Below the pieces are notes generated by a model that was not told the DNA's origin, made no database searches, and saw nothing but the letters and a program-made list of their open reading frames with translations. Positions 19,652 to 30,747 of a stretch of DNA of 64,000 bases are shown here, piece by piece. Numbering within the stretch: position 1 is the stretch's first letter; every line of letters starts with the position of its first letter. The translations under genes were made by a program, and so were the position numbers. Origin of the DNA: Deltaproteobacteria bacterium (GTDB lineage: Bacteria; Desulfobacterota; GWC2-55-46); NCBI GenBank assembly GCA_020846435.1, contig JADLDY010000031.1:21557-85556 (forward strand), in the 5' to 3' direction.

Positions 19652-20185
19652 TCAGTCCCTTGTCCAGACGACCCTGGCGAGCTTGGTGTCGCCGCTCCAT
19701 TTGTACGCGATATCTCCGCTGAACGTCTTATGAAGGAACTGTCCGATCCTCTGCGCCAGCTTGTCGGTAGTCGTCTGCACCTCTATGCGCCCTTCAAAGC
19801 GCCTTATCTCGATGATCTGCTCAAGGGGGTTCATGCGGAACTGCCTGTCCTCCTTGTTGTCGATGAGGCTCAGTATCTCGTCGGCGTGTTCCTTGACAAA
19901 GCGCCCCTCGATAGTCAGGTACCCTTCGGCGTATTTGTCTTTTATCTTCTGGCAAGCCGGGCATAAGACCAGCCCGCTGTTGCGCGCCCCTGAGAGACTG
20001 CCGGGCAGGTCCGCCCTTTCATACCAGTGTTTTTCATGGTACACGGCGCCGCATTTTTTGCATAAGGCCATGTCATCCGGCGCTTCCTTGTTCATGTAAG
20101 GGTCATCTCCCGCCGTGTCGAGGCCCTTGCGCCGCACCATGTGTGTGGCGTTCTCCAACGGTCCTTTTCCGCTTTTTTTTGACAT
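19652..20185 (-). CDS. Conserved hypothetical Zn-ribbon protein
   Basis: CKKCGAVYHEKHW ... CPACQK four-Cys ribbon; ATG at 20185 with GGAGG 6 nt upstream. No family assignment possible by eye. Confidence 0.45.
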   Translation of the reverse strand: MSKKSGKGPLENATHMVRRKGLDTAGDDPYMNKEAPDDMALCKKCGAVYHEKHWYERADLPGSLSGARNSGLVLCPACQKIKDKYAEGYLTIEGRFVKEHADEILSLIDNKEDRQFRMNPLEQIIEIRRFEGRIEVQTTTDKLAQRIGQFLHKTFSGDIAYKWSGDTKLARVVWTRD

Positions 20186-20211
20186 GATGTGCCTCCATGG
20201 TTGTACTACCA

Positions 20212-21261
20212 TTATACCAATATTCTCGTAAGTTCGTCCCTTTCGAAGTGTTTTAATTTTTTTGTCTTGCCGTCAACAATTATCCTGACAGAGCGGCCCT
20301 TGCCCTCGACCCGGCCTATGACCGCGGATTTTATTGACGCCGCCCTGAGCCCTTCAATCACCTTTCCTGCCCGTGAAAGAGGCGCTGAGATGAGGAGCGC
20401 GCCGGAAGATATCGCGCCCAACGGGTCTATGCCGAAATAATCGCACAGCGCTCTCGATTCAGGCAGGACCTCTATGAGATCCTTTTCAACGGTGATCGAG
20501 CAGCCGCAGGCAATCGAGAGCTCGTGAAGGGCCGCTGACAGGCCCCCTTCCGTCGGGTCGTGCATGGCGTTAATCGGGCCGCTTTTCATGGCCTCTGCCG
20601 CGTCCTTCACAACGCTTATGCCAGGGTCTTTGAAGTACCTGGCGCACCGGTTGATGAATGTCTGTGAAAACGCTTTTGAGAGCTCTTCCGGGAGTTCCCT
20701 GGCGATGACGGAGGTCGCCTCAATCGCTATCCCCTTTGTAAGAATCAGCGCGTCTCCTTTTTTCGCCCCGGCAGAGGTGATGATCTTCCTGCCCTTGAAT
20801 GTGCCAAGCATGTGGCCGGTCACGATCGGCCTCGAGACCCCGGGGGTGACCTCTGTGTGCCCTCCGCACAGCACGGCCCCGACCTCACTGCAGGCTGAGT
20901 TCAGCTGCCTGAATATATTAGCTGCAGTCCGGGCCGTGGCTTTGCCCTCAGGCAGCAGGACAGAGGCTAAAAACCACCTCGGAGCGCCTCCCATGACGGC
21001 GATGTCGTTGGCGTTGACGTAGACAGCGTACTCGCCGGAGTTATCCGAGACAAAAGTTACGGGGTCTGACTTGGCCGCGATGAGCGTGCCGTTGATCTCG
21101 AGGACGGCCGCGTCCATGCCGATGGAGGGGCCGACTACGAGGCCTCGGGCGCTCCCTGCGTATTTTTTCAGGAGGCGTCCGAGCAGCTTTACCGGAAGCT
21201 TGCCGGTTTTCAGCGGCTCTCCATCGCCGTCTTTCCCTGTGGCGCCGCTACGGACCGTCAT
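20212..21261 (-). CDS. AIR synthase-related protein (PurM superfamily; HypE/ThiL-like, lacks HypE C-terminal PRIC)
   Basis: NANDIAVMGGAPRWF and HELSIACGCSI align with the HypE motifs ANDVAVSGAIPRY and HEFAAACGCGI. There is no C-terminal Cys motif. Confidence 0.7.
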   Translation of the reverse strand: MTVRSGATGKDGDGEPLKTGKLPVKLLGRLLKKYAGSARGLVVGPSIGMDAAVLEINGTLIAAKSDPVTFVSDNSGEYAVYVNANDIAVMGGAPRWFLASVLLPEGKATARTAANIFRQLNSACSEVGAVLCGGHTEVTPGVSRPIVTGHMLGTFKGRKIITSAGAKKGDALILTKGIAIEATSVIARELPEELSKAFSQTFINRCARYFKDPGISVVKDAAEAMKSGPINAMHDPTEGGLSAALHELSIACGCSITVEKDLIEVLPESRALCDYFGIDPLGAISSGALLISAPLSRAGKVIEGLRAASIKSAVIGRVEGKGRSVRIIVDGKTKKLKHFERDELTRILV

Positions 21262-21271
21262 CCATTGCCTC

Positions 21272-22366
21272 TCAGAGTTTTTTGAACCTGTTTTTTATTT
21301 TGTCGTAGGCCGCCGGCGCGCATCCCGCAATGGCGGACGCAGGGAGTCCCTGCGCCTGGAACGGGCCGTGACGCCTCAGGTAGTCGGTCACGGTGTTGGC
21401 GGTCCTTCTGGCTTCGTCGAATCCCGGGTCGTCGAACATGTCGTGAGGGCCGATTAGGTGCCTGTCTGTTATCTGGAATCCGGCGGAGATGACGCGCGGC
21501 GGGCCGTCAAGGCGCGTGGGGTTGGCTTCGTAGAATGGCACCGGCATCAGCGGGCCGGCGTGGGACGAGGCATCAGGGCCGGAGACGAGGTGCGGGAACG
21601 AGAACGCCTCCATCACCTCTCCGACGGCCGGGAAGCCCGCCTGGCACCGCACGATGAGGGCAGGCTCGTTTTTGCAGGCCGCCTCCAACGTGTTAAATTC
21701 TTTCTTGCAGTTTGATATGACGGCCGCCTTGTCTCCGCCGGTTTTTGAAACAGAGGTTATGACGTACCTGGAGGCAAAACAGGCGAGGGAGATGATGAGG
21801 TGCGCTTCCGCCGGGGTCTTGAGCTCGATCTCCCTGTTCTCAAAAGTGTCCATGATAGTGAAGGTGAAGCCGTTGAACATGGCTTCGTCCCCGATGAGCC
21901 CTGCCGTGTTGAACGGGTCTGCGAATATCCTGTATAAGGGGAGGTTCCACGCGCCTCCTCCGGTCTTGTTAGCGAGGAAGACTACTATCGGCTCGCTCGC
22001 TCGTTCGATAAACTCTATCTCTGCCGCTCCGGGACCGAGCCCCCGGATGTTGCCGTCGAACCTGCTGGTGAGGGCTTCGGAAGAGCCATAGAGCTTCAAC
22101 TCCCTGGCTATGCCCCTGCACGAGACAAAGGTGTTCCACGCGAGCTTGTGGACTTCGCTGTCGTCGACGCCGCCCCCGTGGGTTATGAGCAGCTCGAGGT
22201 CGTCGCCGCACCTCAGGACATGGTAGTCATCGATATGCCCCTTGTCCTTGGCCGTCCCGAGCCTTTCTCTCGCGTTGTCAACCACCCCTGGGTGGCTGCT
22301 TACGTCGCCCACAAGCCCGCCCACGTCAGCTGTAAAGACGCTCAAAGTGGTGGTTTTTTCAGCCAT
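21272..22366 (-). CDS. fbp: Fructose-1,6-bisphosphate aldolase/phosphatase (class V FBPase, bifunctional)
   Basis: TTLSVFTADVGG, GDDLELLITH, NIRGLGPG, NLPLYRIFADPFNT, FDGPPR, DPGFDEARR match the archaeal-type FBP aldolase/phosphatase. Confidence 0.9.
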   Translation of the reverse strand: MAEKTTTLSVFTADVGGLVGDVSSHPGVVDNARERLGTAKDKGHIDDYHVLRCGDDLELLITHGGGVDDSEVHKLAWNTFVSCRGIARELKLYGSSEALTSRFDGNIRGLGPGAAEIEFIERASEPIVVFLANKTGGGAWNLPLYRIFADPFNTAGLIGDEAMFNGFTFTIMDTFENREIELKTPAEAHLIISLACFASRYVITSVSKTGGDKAAVISNCKKEFNTLEAACKNEPALIVRCQAGFPAVGEVMEAFSFPHLVSGPDASSHAGPLMPVPFYEANPTRLDGPPRVISAGFQITDRHLIGPHDMFDDPGFDEARRTANTVTDYLRRHGPFQAQGLPASAIAGCAPAAYDKIKNRFKKL

Positions 22367-22620
22367 TGACAGGCTCCTTGTATCTTGCGCTGACTTCTTT
22401 GGGCAGGCCTTCTGGAAGCCTGTTTGCGGCAAACGGAGGTTTTGGTGCAAGCAGGTAAGGCAGGCTTCAATGGAATTAAAACGCGAATTGGAACACGGCC
22501 CGGCAAGTGAGTATCCTGGCGTAACGTTCTTTTCTTAAGGGGCTCTCAAGCACACATGCCCTTGCATGACGCGGCCCTCAAGACGGCCGCGTCCCGGCTG
22601 CGGATGAGTCTGCCGGCTGA

Positions 22621-22920
22621 TCAGGACTCGCCGGAGAGCCTTTCCTTGCCCCTGCTGTAAGCCTCTTTGCCGGCTTCAAACGCGCTGTGCAGGTCTTCTC
22701 TTTTTTCGCTTACAAAGGCTTTTACCTTGCCGGTGCTCTCGGAGACTTTGCCCCTGGCGTCCTGGTAGGTATCCTTTGCCCAGTCCCCGGCGTCATCGAT
22801 GCCGTCTTTCAGTTTTTTCCTCGTCTCAGTGCCTGAGGCGGGGGCGAGAATGAGGGCCAGCCCGGCGCCTATGGCCCCGCCGAGAAGAAACGCGAACGCA
22901 ACGCCTTTAGTGTTACTCAT
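22621..22920 (-). CDS. YtxH domain protein
   Basis: N-terminal TM (AFAFLLGGAIGAGLALILAP) plus charged coiled tail; YtxH-like general stress protein pattern. Confidence 0.55.
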   Translation of the reverse strand: MSNTKGVAFAFLLGGAIGAGLALILAPASGTETRKKLKDGIDDAGDWAKDTYQDARGKVSESTGKVKAFVSEKREDLHSAFEAGKEAYSRGKERLSGES

Positions 22921-23296
22921 CTTTCCCTCCTTCTTCCTTTTTGTTCTTGTGAAAGAACCTTCTGAGGCCTTCCTCAGCCCCGAAAAGGAAGCTGATGAAG
23001 CTTATGACAGGCCCTTTCACGTTATCGACGACTATGTCGCCGAGCCCTGTGACCTTTAATCCCAGGTCCTTTACCCTTGTGACAAGCTCCTCTATGTCAG
23101 AGACCTGGTCTTGCGCCTTCTTCGCGATGAAATTGACGGTCTCGACCGTTTTTTTCGTCTCGACAGTAAGCTCTTCTACTGCCTTGAATGTCCTTTTAAG
23201 CTGGAGGAGCGCCGGTATCAGCGCGATAACGAAGATAAAAACTCCAAGTCCCATCAGAAGAATAGCCAGGTCGTACATGTCCGCTGTTATAGTCAT
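22913..23296 (-). CDS. DUF948-like membrane-anchored coiled-coil protein
   Basis: Single N-terminal TM plus coiled coil; ATG at 23296 with GGAGG RBS. Often paired with YtxH. Confidence 0.5.
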   Translation of the reverse strand: MTITADMYDLAILLMGLGVFIFVIALIPALLQLKRTFKAVEELTVETKKTVETVNFIAKKAQDQVSDIEELVTRVKDLGLKVTGLGDIVVDNVKGPVISFISFLFGAEEGLRRFFHKNKKEEGGKDE

Positions 23297-23484
23297 CTCC
23301 CCTCCCTGTTCGTAGTATATCCTGTAACACCGGGCTGTCAAGGCGCCCCGCGTGCCGGATTTTGGCCTGAATCATTGAAAAACCGGCGTTTAATCTTCGC
23401 CTAATGCGCCGTTGTATAAGATGACTTACAGAAATCAGTCTTGTGCGGATTATAACATTTTTTCGGATTAATGACCCAGGCTCT

Positions 23485-23512
23485 TGACAAAAATCAGCAT
23501 TTCTTTTACTAT
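23485..23512 (+). promoter_or_regulatory. Sigma70-like promoter (TTGACA-16-TACTAT) for the 23556 gene
   Basis: Perfect -35 TTGACA at 23485, spacer 16 nt, -10 TACTAT at 23507. Confidence 0.5.
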
Positions 23513-23555
23513 GAACTTAGCAGCAAAAATTGCATCAAATCCTTAAGAGAGAGCC

Positions 23556-23960
23556 ATGAGAATGGAAAAGCTGAGGAAAATTGCGGTTTTGGCAATGGTT
23601 TTCACTTTCCTTACCGTTTCAACGGCTTGCGCTCAGGATGCGATGAACCGCACCTTGAGGGACTCGCTCTACGGCGGCCTCATCGGCGCCCTTCTTGGAA
23701 CAGCCGTAATGCTCCTGACCGACAACCCTGATGATCATCTGTCCTACATCCCGACAGGCGCGGCCGTCGGCGTGCTCTTCGGAGCGGCTTACGGGGTCGC
23801 AACAAGCGGCATGCTTTCGACAGCCGCCGCCGAGATAGACACAAGGGAAGGCTCGGTAAGCCTCGCCATGCCGACCATCTCGACCGAGCAGCTCTACGAT
23901 GAGAAGACCAACGAGGTAGAAGAGATCGAAAGGATAGAGCTCGTCAGGCTGACCTTCTGA
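23556..23960 (+). CDS. Hypothetical secreted/lipoprotein with glycine-zipper segment
   Basis: Signal peptide with TVSTAC (possible lipobox), GxxxG-rich hydrophobic region. No recognisable family. Confidence 0.45.
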   Translation: MRMEKLRKIAVLAMVFTFLTVSTACAQDAMNRTLRDSLYGGLIGALLGTAVMLLTDNPDDHLSYIPTGAAVGVLFGAAYGVATSGMLSTAAAEIDTREGSVSLAMPTISTEQLYDEKTNEVEEIERIELVRLTF

Positions 23961-23983
23961 TACCAGATAAAAGATTTTTTATG

Positions 23984-24016
23984 CCCCGCGCGCTTTTTGG
24001 CCGCGGGGTTTTTTAT
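23984..24016 (+). terminator. Rho-independent terminator
   Basis: ccccgcgcgctttttggccgcgggg hairpin plus T6. Confidence 0.6.
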
Positions 24017-24123
24017 TTTCAGTTGTCCGGTTTGAGGTTTTTCCGGAATGCAGTAAGCCGCTGGGCCTTTCGGCCCAGCGGCTTACTGTGAACCGGCTTT
24101 CTTGCCGAGCGTTTGCTTGCTGT

Positions 24124-25155
24124 TCAGATTGAAAGAGGCGGGGTGAAAAGGGCGGCGGTCTCGTCGAGCCCGAACATGATGTTCATGTTCTGCACGGCCT
24201 GGCCTGAGGCCCCTTTGACGAGGTTGTCTATTGCCGAGACTATCGTCACCCGGCTGCCTTCGATGAAAAGGCCGATGTCGCAGAAGTTCGAGCCCCTGAC
24301 CTGGCTTATGTCAGGGAACGACCCTTCGGGCAGGAGGCGCACGAACCTCTCGTTCGAGTAGGCCTCGGTATAGATGTCCCTGAGTTCCGCTTGCGTCAGT
24401 CCGTCCTTGAGCTCGGCGTAGGCCGTAGTCAATATGCCCCTTGAAACAGGTATGAGGTGAGGGGTGAACCTTACCTTGAGCCCGTCTCCCGCCGCCGCCG
24501 TGAGCTCCTGCTCTATCTCAGGCGTGTGCCTGTGGCTGCCGATCTTGTAGGCTTTGAAGCCTGAGGTGACCTCCACGAAAGAGGTGGCGATCGACGCTCC
24601 TCTGCCTGCGCCTGATACTCCGCTTTTGGAGTCTATTATGACAGAGCCTGCCTTTATAAGCCCTTTCCCGGCGAGCGGGGTGAGGGCAAGTATGGCGCTC
24701 GTCGGGTAGCAGCCGGGGTTAGCGATAAGGCGGCCGCCTTTTATATGTTTGCGGTAAAGCTCCGGGAGGCCGTAGACGGCTTCGCTCAGGAGGTGGGCCG
24801 CCTTGTGCTCGCCGTACCAGGTCTTGTAGGTCTCCTTGTCGCGGAGCCTGAAGTCGGCGCTCAGGTCTATGACCTTGCTCTTCTTGAGAAGTTCGGGCAC
24901 TACGTCCTGGGACGCCCCGTGAGGCAGCGCGCTGAAGGCTACGTCAGCCTTTGCCGCCGAGCCCAGGTCTTCGGGGTCGCTGAATATGAGCTCATCGTAA
25001 AAGCCGCGGAGGGCGGGGAACACCTCGGAGACCGGCGTGCCCTTGTACTGGCGGCTCGTCGCTTCGACGACTTCTGCCTGCGGGTGTATGGCGAGTATGC
25101 GGAGCAGTTCGAGGCCGGTGTAGCCGCTCGCGCCGAAAATTGCAGCTTTAATCAT
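24124..25155 (-). CDS. argC: N-acetyl-gamma-glutamyl-phosphate reductase
   Basis: IFGASGYTG NAD-binding N-terminus, catalytic Cys region (ANPGCYPTS). Confidence 0.9.
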   Translation of the reverse strand: MIKAAIFGASGYTGLELLRILAIHPQAEVVEATSRQYKGTPVSEVFPALRGFYDELIFSDPEDLGSAAKADVAFSALPHGASQDVVPELLKKSKVIDLSADFRLRDKETYKTWYGEHKAAHLLSEAVYGLPELYRKHIKGGRLIANPGCYPTSAILALTPLAGKGLIKAGSVIIDSKSGVSGAGRGASIATSFVEVTSGFKAYKIGSHRHTPEIEQELTAAAGDGLKVRFTPHLIPVSRGILTTAYAELKDGLTQAELRDIYTEAYSNERFVRLLPEGSFPDISQVRGSNFCDIGLFIEGSRVTIVSAIDNLVKGASGQAVQNMNIMFGLDETAALFTPPLSI

Positions 25156-25195
25156 TGGCGACTCCTTTGTTTAGATTCAGATTCGCTTGAGTCGA

Positions 25196-25322
25196 TCAGT
25201 CTGTTCAAAAAGCTCCATATGCAAGGCGTCGAGGAGCAAGGCGCGAGGCGTACTTTGCATGTACGTCGCAGAGGCGAGCTTTGATGCCAACGACGCAGAT
25301 GGACTTTTTGAGCGGACTGAAT
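25196..25322. repeat. Intergenic repeat family B (copy R5, inverted orientation)
   Basis: Reverse complement reads gctcaaaaagtccatctgcgtcgttggcatcaaagctc...gcaaagtacgcctcgcgccttgctcctcgacgccttgcatatggagctttttgaac. Confidence 0.5.
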
Positions 25323-25379
25323 AAAAAAAGGGGAAGGCCAATCGGCCTTCCCCTTGAGAGATTCAATGATAAAAAGGGA

Positions 25380-25769
25380 TTACCTCTTGGAGAACTGGAA
25401 CCTCTTCCTGGCGCCCTTCTGTCCGTACTTCTTTCTTTCCTTCATTCTCGGGTCCCTGGTCATGAGACCGGCCTTCTTGAGAACGCCCCTGAAAGACTCG
25501 TCGATGAGGACGAGGCACCTGGCGATCCCGTGCCTTACCGCTCCGGCCTGGCCGCTCTCGCCGCCGCCGTTAACGTTGGCCGTAACGCTGTACTTGCCGG
25601 TCGTGCTGGTAAGCTCGAGGGGCTGCTTTACTATGCTTCTCAGGGTGTCGCGGCTGAAGAAATCGGCCACGCCCTTCTTGTTTACGGTTATCTCTCCGGT
25701 GCCGGGCGTAAGCCTTACCCTCGCTACCGATGTCTTGCGTCTTCCTACCGCGCTGAATACCTCTGCCAT
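25380..25769 (-). CDS. rpsI: 30S ribosomal protein S9
   Basis: C-terminal ...[16 protein letters not shown]. Confidence 0.95.
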   Translation of the reverse strand: MAEVFSAVGRRKTSVARVRLTPGTGEITVNKKGVADFFSRDTLRSIVKQPLELTSTTGKYSVTANVNGGGESGQAGAVRHGIARCLVLIDESFRGVLKKAGLMTRDPRMKERKKYGQKGARKRFQFSKR

Positions 25770-25789
25770 TTACCTACTCTCCGGTCTTA

Positions 25790-26227
25790 TTATTTGTTTA
25801 CGGCCATGCTCACAGGCGACTGCGCCTGGTGCGGGTGGTTCTCGCCGGCGTATACCTTGAGCTTCTTGAACATGTCCCTGCCGAGAGGTCCCTTGGGGAG
25901 CATGCCCCATACGGCCTTCTTTATGACTTCCTCGGGCTTCTTGGTAAGGAGCTTGCCGATGGGTACGGACTTGAGCCCGCCCGGATACATGCTGTGGTGG
26001 TAGTAGATCTTGTCGGTCAGCTTGTTGGTGCCCGTGAGCGCGATCTTCTCGGCGTTGACGACTACTACGAAGTCGCCCATGTCGATGCTCGGGGTGAACG
26101 TGGGCTTGTGCTTGCCGCGCAGGACCGTAGCTAAGCGGACCGCAAGACGGCCCAGGGTCTGACCCTTGGCGTCCACGAGGAACCACTGTTTTGCATTTGC
26201 GTCTACTTTCGGAAGAAAAGTCTTCAT
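25790..26227 (-). CDS. rplM: 50S ribosomal protein L13
   Basis: MKTF...[18 protein letters not shown]-terminus. Confidence 0.95.
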   Translation of the reverse strand: MKTFLPKVDANAKQWFLVDAKGQTLGRLAVRLATVLRGKHKPTFTPSIDMGDFVVVVNAEKIALTGTNKLTDKIYYHHSMYPGGLKSVPIGKLLTKKPEEVIKKAVWGMLPKGPLGRDMFKKLKVYAGENHPHQAQSPVSMAVNK

Positions 26228-26371
26228 CTTAAATCCCCAGACTAAAGATTTGAATTTTAAAATTTAGAATATTTCACGACTCTTGTCAAGGAATAAATTC
26301 CTGACAAGACAGGTCCTTCCATAAAGGAGGGTCTTACTTTATACCCCATCCAGGGGCAGAGGTCAAGGTAA

Positions 26372-28438
<2,067 letters not shown>

Positions 28439-28546
28439 GCCCCTCTTTCCGGTCACCCTTTTAATGGTATCAGCTCTTCTCCTGACTTGTCAGCGGCCGT
28501 TCTCAACGCGATCTCTAAAAAACAAATAAAAACAAAAAGTTGGCTG

Positions 28547-28572
28547 CGGCCCCCTCTGGGGCCGTTTTTTTT
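28547..28572 (+). terminator. Rho-independent terminator after ligA
   Basis: ggccccctctggggcc hairpin plus T9. Confidence 0.6.
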
Positions 28573-28739
28573 TGCCTTGGCCCGGCTCAACCCTTTTCCT
28601 CCCAATCGTTCAACCTTTATCCCTACTGATAAATCAACCTGTTCCACTTTCAAGATTAGCCCTTGTTACCTATGTAGCGGCTCTGTCACGGGGCGATATA
28701 TCGTAAGTGCAAGGCGTCAATTTCCTTTCGAGGTAGAAA

Positions 28740-30026
28740 ATGGAAAAGGCTCAGAGTCAACTGGACAGGTTCATCGTGACCGGGGAAGGCGGGGCGCTTG
28801 TGCCCTTCGCGCTCGCCGGCGCGGCTTCCGTTATTTTACTTGTCGTAGAGATGTATACGGGCGCGGCTCTCGTGAAGGCGCTCCTTCTGGCGGCCCTTGT
28901 CCTCGCGGCCGGCCTTGTCCCGGTCCATGTCTTCAGGCGCCGTTCAATCAGGCTCTCTGAAGTGGACAACGAGGAGATAATAAGGGAGCTTGCCGAAAGG
29001 ACGCGCCATTACACCTCCCGCAGGGAGAGGCTCGAGAGGTTTTTGAGCGCGCAGCATGAGGTGAACAGGCTGATAGACGGACACCTCAAGGACGTCATCG
29101 GCCAGACAGGGGAAGCCGCCTCGCGGATAATAGGCAAATCCCAGGACATTGACTCTTCGATGAACATGATGCGCTCGACCATAAACGCGCTCCAGAGACA
29201 GACCGAGGAGCTCGCCGAGTCGTCGAGCAGGACGATCGAGGACAACGAGAAGAGCATCAACGGCCTCAGGGACTACATAGACAAGAGAAGGGCCGACGTT
29301 GACAACGACTACAAGACAGTCCTCGCCCTTGCCGAGGACGCCAGATCCATGACAAGCCTCGTCGAGCTTTTAAAGGAGATAAGCGACCAGACGAACCTCC
29401 TTGCCCTGAACGCGGCGATAGAGGCCGCGCGGGCCGGAGAGCACGGCAGGGGATTCGCGATAGTGGCCGACGAGGTAAGAAAGCTATCGAAGCATTCAGA
29501 GCAGGCCGCAGGCAAGATAGGACAGGCAATGATACGGATGGCGGACGAGATAGAGGGCAAGTTCGCGTTGAAGCTCAACCAGGACAGGAACAGCCAGGAG
29601 TCGGGCCTCCTTGAGAGCCTCGAAGGCCAGCTCGAAAGCCTGGGGACGAGCTACCGCAGCCTCGACGGCCTCAACAGGCAGGTGCTCGACGAGGTAGGCT
29701 CTTCCAGCGAGAGGGTGGCCTCTGAAGTGCTCGAGCTCCTCGCCGGGGTGCAGTTTCAGGACATAGTCCGCCAGCAGGTCGAGCTCGTCATGAAGGCAGT
29801 GGACGAATGCGACGGGTTTGCGGCTTCTTTGCAGTCGTGCCTGAAGGACGAAAACCTCTGTACCGGGGAGTGCAGGATAACGGAGTTCGACCCCGAGGAC
29901 ATAAGGAAGCACTATGTAATGGAAAAGCAGAGGGAGACGCACGCGTCGGTAGTCGTGCCCTTTCCAGGCAGGCATGCCGCTCAGGAGACGAGGCAGGCCG
30001 CGAACAGCGAGATAACTTTCTTTTAA
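28740..30026 (+). CDS. Methyl-accepting chemotaxis protein, short form (membrane hairpin, no periplasmic domain)
   Basis: Two adjacent TM segments, then MA signalling domain with [39 protein letters not shown]-terminus ends EITFF. Confidence 0.8.
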   Translation: MEKAQSQLDRFIVTGEGGALVPFALAGAASVILLVVEMYTGAALVKALLLAALVLAAGLVPVHVFRRRSIRLSEVDNEEIIRELAERTRHYTSRRERLERFLSAQHEVNRLIDGHLKDVIGQTGEAASRIIGKSQDIDSSMNMMRSTINALQRQTEELAESSSRTIEDNEKSINGLRDYIDKRRADVDNDYKTVLALAEDARSMTSLVELLKEISDQTNLLALNAAIEAARAGEHGRGFAIVADEVRKLSKHSEQAAGKIGQAMIRMADEIEGKFALKLNQDRNSQESGLLESLEGQLESLGTSYRSLDGLNRQVLDEVGSSSERVASEVLELLAGVQFQDIVRQQVELVMKAVDECDGFAASLQSCLKDENLCTGECRITEFDPEDIRKHYVMEKQRETHASVVVPFPGRHAAQETRQAANSEITFF

Positions 30027-30054
30027 AGGATTCATTCAACCGGAGGACGGACAA

Positions 30055-30424
30055 GATGGCAAAGACGGTAATGGTAATAGACGATTCGGCGTCGATAAGG
30101 CAGGTCATGAGCCTTACCCTGAGCAAGGCCGGTTATGACGTTACCGAGGCGTGCGACGGCTCGGACGCTCTCGGAAAGCTCACCGGCCAGAAAGTAAACC
30201 TCATCGTCTGCGACGTGAACATGCCGAACATGGACGGCATAACCTTCCTGAAGTCCCTGAAGGACAAGCCTGGCTACAAGTTCACGCCGGTCATAATGCT
30301 CACGACCGAATCCCAGGAGTCCAAGAAGCAGGAAGGAAAGGCCGCTGGCGCGAAGGCGTGGGTCGTCAAGCCCTTCAAGCCCGAGCAGATGCTCGACGCG
30401 GTCTCAAAACTCATTGCGCCTTGA
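30055..30424 (+). CDS. cheY: CheY-like single-domain response regulator
   Basis: VIDDS...D...MPNMDG...K receiver residues; GGAGG RBS before ATG 30055. Confidence 0.85.
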
Positions 30425-30435
30425 ACGGAGATGAC

Positions 30436-30747
30436 ATGGAAATAAGGGTACAGGATAACAATGGTCTCTCGACTGTCGCGATAGAAGGCGAGATGAACAT
30501 CTATCACGCCATGGAATTGAAGTCTGTTGTCATGAAGGCTCTCGACGAGGCCGAGGCAGTAGAGCTCGACCTCTCCGGCGTGAGCGAGTTCGACTCGTCC
30601 GGGCTCCAGATAGTCCTGCTTGCTTGCAGGGAGGCGGAAAAAAACAACAGGAAGCTGAGCGTGAAAGCGTCGAGCGCGCCGGTTGATTCGGTCATTGAAC
30701 TTTTCTGTCTTGGCGGGCTCCTCGGCAGGCGCGAAAGGAAGGCTTAG
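30436..30747 (+). CDS. STAS domain protein (anti-sigma factor antagonist, SpoIIAA-like)
   Basis: LDLSGVSEFDSSGLQIVL matches the SpoIIAA/RsbV phospho-serine region (DLS.V.F.DSSG). Confidence 0.75.
   Translation: MEIRVQDNNGLSTVAIEGEMNIYHAMELKSVVMKALDEAEAVELDLSGVSEFDSSGLQIVLLACREAEKNNRKLSVKASSAPVDSVIELFCLGGLLGRRERKA

Noticed and set aside
28573-28739. Sigma28 (FliA) promoter upstream of the chemosensory operon
   Set aside because: Only a weak GGCGATAT match to the -10 GCCGATAA, and no TAAA -35 at the correct spacing.
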